DNA of 18,936 nt from Candidatus Methylomirabilia bacterium (lineage in GTDB: Bacteria > Methylomirabilota > Methylomirabilia > Rokubacteriales > CSP1-6), in assembly GCA_041497895.1 (NCBI GenBank), contig JBGQHJ010000097.1, positions 1 to 18,936 of the forward strand, given 5' to 3'. The first letter of the stretch is position 1; each line of letters begins with the position of its first letter. Under the pieces are notes generated by a model. The model was not told where the DNA came from and made no database searches. It worked only from the letters and a program-made list of their open reading frames with translations. The translations under genes were made by a program, and so were the position numbers. Below are positions 16,482-18,936 of the stretch, in pieces.

Positions 16482-16654
16482 GCGACTTAAGTCACGGTTA
16501 CTTCCAGTACAACCCGAGTGCCAAGTGTAGCCGGGACGCCAGGGAGAGTCCATCCCTACGCGCTGGCGCCGGGCCGGTAACCCTTGCCGAGTTGAATCGA
16601 CGGACCGCGTCGGGCGCCGGGTCGGCGGGCGATGGCAAGTCGCACACTTAGGGC

Positions 16655-16669
16655 TGGCACATGCCTTGC
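16655..16669 (+). promoter_or_regulatory. Sigma-54 (-24/-12) promoter motif
   Basis: TGGCAC-ATGCC-TTGC, i.e. GG-N10-GC with consensus flanks. Confidence 0.6.
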
Positions 16670-16675
16670 CCCTCC

Positions 16676-16912
16676 ATGCCGGTGGACGAAGCCTACAAGG
16701 GTCCCGAGGTGGAGGGTCGCGTCCGGGACGTCAAGGGCAAGCAGGTCACGCTGAGCGACGGCACCCTGCTCACCGTGCCGAAGAGCCAGGCCCAGAAGGA
16801 AGAGATCAAGCCGGGCAGCCTGATCAGGGCGACCTACCAGGAGCGAGACGGCAAGAAGATCGTGACCTCGCTCCGCATCGCCGAGGGGCCGCAGGCGGGC
16901 GGTACCAAGTAA
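16676..16912 (+). CDS. Small OB-fold-like protein (DUF1344-like), possibly 5'-truncated
   Basis: EGRVRDVKGKQVTLSDGTLLTVP...IKPGSLIRATYQERDGKKIVTSL resembles small beta-barrel proteins; coding-like GC3; no clear RBS or signal peptide. Start uncertain (16661, 16676 or 16682). Confidence 0.6.
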   Translation: MPVDEAYKGPEVEGRVRDVKGKQVTLSDGTLLTVPKSQAQKEEIKPGSLIRATYQERDGKKIVTSLRIAEGPQAGGTK

Positions 16913-16932
16913 GCTCCGCCGTTTCCGTACTC

Positions 16933-16973
16933 GCGACGCGGGCGTCGGGCCGTTCCCCGGTGCCCGCGATCGC
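16933..16973. terminator. GC-rich hairpin between convergent small ORF and tadA
   Basis: gcga-cgcgggc-gtcggg / cccggt-gcccgcg-a-tcgc stem abutting the tadA stop; no U-tract. Confidence 0.35.
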
Positions 16974-17459
16974 TCAGACCCGCCTGGTCTTGAAGAACTC
17001 GCTCAGCCGGCTCCCGCACTCCGCCGCGCGCACCCCCGCGGTCACCTCCACGCGATGATTGAGGCGCATGTCCTGGAGCAGCCGGAAGACACTCTCCACC
17101 GCACCGGCCTTGGGGTCGGCCGCGCCGTAGACCAGCCGGGCAACCCGGGCGTGGACCATCGCCCCGCAGCACATCGCGCAGGGCTCGACCGTGCTGTAGA
17201 GGGTGACGCCTGAGAGGCGGTAGTTGCCGAGCTCCTGCGCGGCGGCGCGCAGGGCCACGATCTCGGCGTGGGCGGTCGGGTCTCGCTGAATGATCGACGC
17301 ATTGTGCCCGCGCGCGAGCACTCGGCCATCGAGGACGATCACGGCCCCGACCGGCACCTCGCCCGCGGCCGCCGCACGGTCGGCCTCACCGAGCGCCAGG
17401 TCCATGAACCTGGTGTCGTCGGACGTCTGCGCTTTGCCACCCTCACCGCGTGATTGCAT
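16974..17459 (-). CDS. tadA: tRNA-specific adenosine-34 deaminase
   Basis: GEVPVGAV, DPTAHAE, EPCAMC zinc motif, DPKAGA, LNH and FFKTRR tail. Start may be at 17406. Confidence 0.95.
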   Translation of the reverse strand: MQSRGEGGKAQTSDDTRFMDLALGEADRAAAAGEVPVGAVIVLDGRVLARGHNASIIQRDPTAHAEIVALRAAAQELGNYRLSGVTLYSTVEPCAMCCGAMVHARVARLVYGAADPKAGAVESVFRLLQDMRLNHRVEVTAGVRAAECGSRLSEFFKTRRV

Positions 17460-17635
17460 CCGCGTTGCTTAGGACTATCCCCAGAACGAGCGCTTCGGTC
17501 AACCCGCGGGTGTGGAAATGTGCAAAACCTGCAGCGCGCCGCTGGACGCGCGCTCGGAGAGAGCGCAGGCTTTGCGCGACGGGGACGCGTTCCCGCTCGC
17601 GCGAGCGCGTCGTGCGAAAAAATAAACGAATCGAA

Positions 17636-17665
17636 TTGACACCTGTCGCGATGCGCTTCTACACT
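17636..17665 (+). promoter_or_regulatory. Sigma-70 promoter of the PEP-CTERM gene
   Basis: TTGACA (17636-17641), 18-nt spacer, TACACT (17660-17665); A-rich UP-like tract upstream; GAGGT RBS before ATG 17705. Confidence 0.7.
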
Positions 17666-17704
17666 CGTGCAACTCCCTCCAGACATGTACTCACAGAGGT
17701 GTCA

Positions 17705-18562
17705 ATGAAGATGATTCGGCTTGGAGCGCTGGGGCTCACGCTCTCTCTTGCATTCACGTCGGCGGCGTGGGCAGTGCCGCTGTACACGACCAACTTTCCG
17801 GGGAATGAGAACCCGATCTCCGAAGGCGGCGCCTGGTACCACATCTCGCCGTCGTGGGCCGACGTGCAGACGTTCGGTGGGGAGGCGTTCGGTACACAGG
17901 TCGGCAACCTGCCAAATCCGGCAGGTTTCAACGATGCCAACGCGTCGTTGCGTGGCTTCTCACCCAACGTCACCACGACGGGCACGATCTTCTTCAACGT
18001 ACCGGAAGGCGATTCGAGTAGCCACACTCACGAGCTCGAGCTGCTGTTCCGCATGAGCGGCGACGCCACGCACACCCGGGCCTATGAAGTGAACTTCGAC
18101 ACCGGTGGGAATGCGACGCTCATCCGGTGGAACGGGGGGCTCGGCGACTACACCTTCATATCGCCCGCGTTCAGCGCGAGCCCCAGCCTCGGCCGCTTGC
18201 TCCAGTCCGGGGATGTCTTCATGGCCCAGGCCAGCGGCGACAGGTTCCAGGCGTGGGTGAATGGCCAGCTCGTGCTGACGGCCTTCGACTCCACCTATGC
18301 CACCGGAGACCCCGGCATCGGATTCTTCATCCGCGATGACGTGGAAGCCGACCGCACATTCCAGTCGCTCTACGGCCTCACCGGCCTGTCGGTCGTGGAC
18401 GACGGAACGTCCACCGATCCAGGTGGGAGCCCGGGTCCCATCTCAGATCCGGATCCCCCCATTGCCCCGACACCCGAGCCGGCGACGCTGGCCCTCATGG
18501 GGGTCTCGCTGGCCGTGACCGGCTGGTATGCCGGGAGGCGCCGCTCGACGGGGATCCGCTGA
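17705..18562 (+). CDS. PEP-CTERM sorting domain-containing surface protein
   Basis: Signal peptide MKMIRLGALGLTLSLAFTSAAWA; beta-rich body; Pro/Ser/Asp linker; C-terminal TPEPATLALMGVSLAVTGWYAGRRRS (PEP, TM helix, Arg cluster). Confidence 0.9.
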   Translation: MKMIRLGALGLTLSLAFTSAAWAVPLYTTNFPGNENPISEGGAWYHISPSWADVQTFGGEAFGTQVGNLPNPAGFNDANASLRGFSPNVTTTGTIFFNVPEGDSSSHTHELELLFRMSGDATHTRAYEVNFDTGGNATLIRWNGGLGDYTFISPAFSASPSLGRLLQSGDVFMAQASGDRFQAWVNGQLVLTAFDSTYATGDPGIGFFIRDDVEADRTFQSLYGLTGLSVVDDGTSTDPGGSPGPISDPDPPIAPTPEPATLALMGVSLAVTGWYAGRRRSTGIR

Positions 18563-18597
18563 CGCGGAGCAAGCGTTCGGCGGAAGACGGCGCGAAG

Positions 18598-18628
18598 AAG
18601 GCCCCGGGGATGATCGCCGGGGCCTTTT
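18598..18628. terminator. Intrinsic terminator, possibly bidirectional
   Basis: aaggccccgg - loop - ccggggcctt followed by TT on +; TTCTT follows the stem on -; lies between the convergent PEP-CTERM gene and tRNA-Arg. Confidence 0.7.
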
Positions 18629-18702
18629 CCATGCCCTTACAGCGGCCATGGAAGCGCGAGCCCGCGATGCCGGACCCATCGCTCCCACGACCGCGTAGTT
18701 AG

Positions 18703-18779
18703 TGGTGCGCCCTAGAGGAATCGAACCTCTGGCCTTCGGATTCGTAGTCCGACGCTCTATCCATCTGAGCTAAGGGCGC
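18703..18779 (-). tRNA. tRNA-Arg (anticodon ACG)
   Basis: GCGCCCTTAGCTCAGATGGATAGAGCGTCGGA-CT-ACG-AA-TCCGAAGG...GGTTCGATTCC...GGGCGCACCA. Confidence 0.97.
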
Positions 18780-18782
18780 GCA

Positions 18783-18876
18783 TGGCGGAGAGGCCGGGAT
18801 TCGAACCCGGGACAGAGGTTTTGCCCCTGTAACCGCTTAGCAGGCGGCTGCCTTCGGCCGACTCGGCCACCTCTCC
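18783..18876 (-). tRNA. tRNA-Ser (anticodon GCT)
   Basis: GGAGAGGTGGCCGAGTCGG...CT-GCT-AA, long variable arm, GGTTCGAATCC, G73 and CCA; 3 nt upstream of tRNA-Arg(ACG). Confidence 0.97.
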
Positions 18877-18893
18877 AAACGTCAAGCCAACCG

Positions 18894-18899
18894 AGTATA
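18894..18899 (-). promoter_or_regulatory. Putative -10 element of the tRNA-Ser/Arg operon
   Basis: - strand TATACT 17 nt upstream of tRNA-Ser(GCT); the -35 element is weak. Confidence 0.5.
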
Positions 18900-18936
18900 T
18901 GCCATTCGCGCCGCGCGGACTACCGGGAAGCAGGGG

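Noticed and set aside
17460..17635. Riboswitch or structured RNA between tadA and the PEP-CTERM gene
   Set aside because: Only short GC-rich palindromes; no recognisable aptamer consensus.
16263..18876. Repeated tggcggag...ttcgaacc / ggccacccctcc segments as a CRISPR array or att repeats
   Set aside because: They are shared parts of three complete tRNA-Ser genes; there are no regular spacers, cas genes or partial tRNA copies.

Overview
High-GC bacterial chromosomal window of mostly core genes. Gene style is compatible with Candidatus Rokubacteria/Methylomirabilota, which is inference only. From left to right: tRNA-Lys/Arg/His (- strand); an RmlD-like reductase; a + strand operon of a D-2-hydroxyacid dehydrogenase, a B12-dependent acyl-CoA mutase substrate-binding subunit and an FMN split-barrel protein; a deleted metallo-beta-lactamase/RNase Z-like remnant; a - strand run glcD-glcE-glcF-Rieske ferredoxin-moaB followed by an HtrA protease and a secreted lipase-like hydrolase; tRNA-Asn; and the conserved cluster tRNA-Ser(GCT)-tRNA-Arg(ACG)-tadA-tRNA-Ser(CGA)-tRNA-Ser(GGA)-large SRP RNA-dnaX-ybaB-recR. 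That last cluster is interrupted by two + strand genes, a PEP-CTERM protein and a small OB-fold-like ORF behind a sigma-54 motif. The most interesting signals are (1) a mutase that keeps the methylmalonyl-CoA mutase carboxylate clamp but has a remodelled, probably enlarged substrate pocket and no B12-binding partner nearby, and (2) a Bacillus-type Alu-containing SRP RNA whose 3' terminal helix runs up to the dnaX start codon. No CRISPR array, integrase or transposase was seen.
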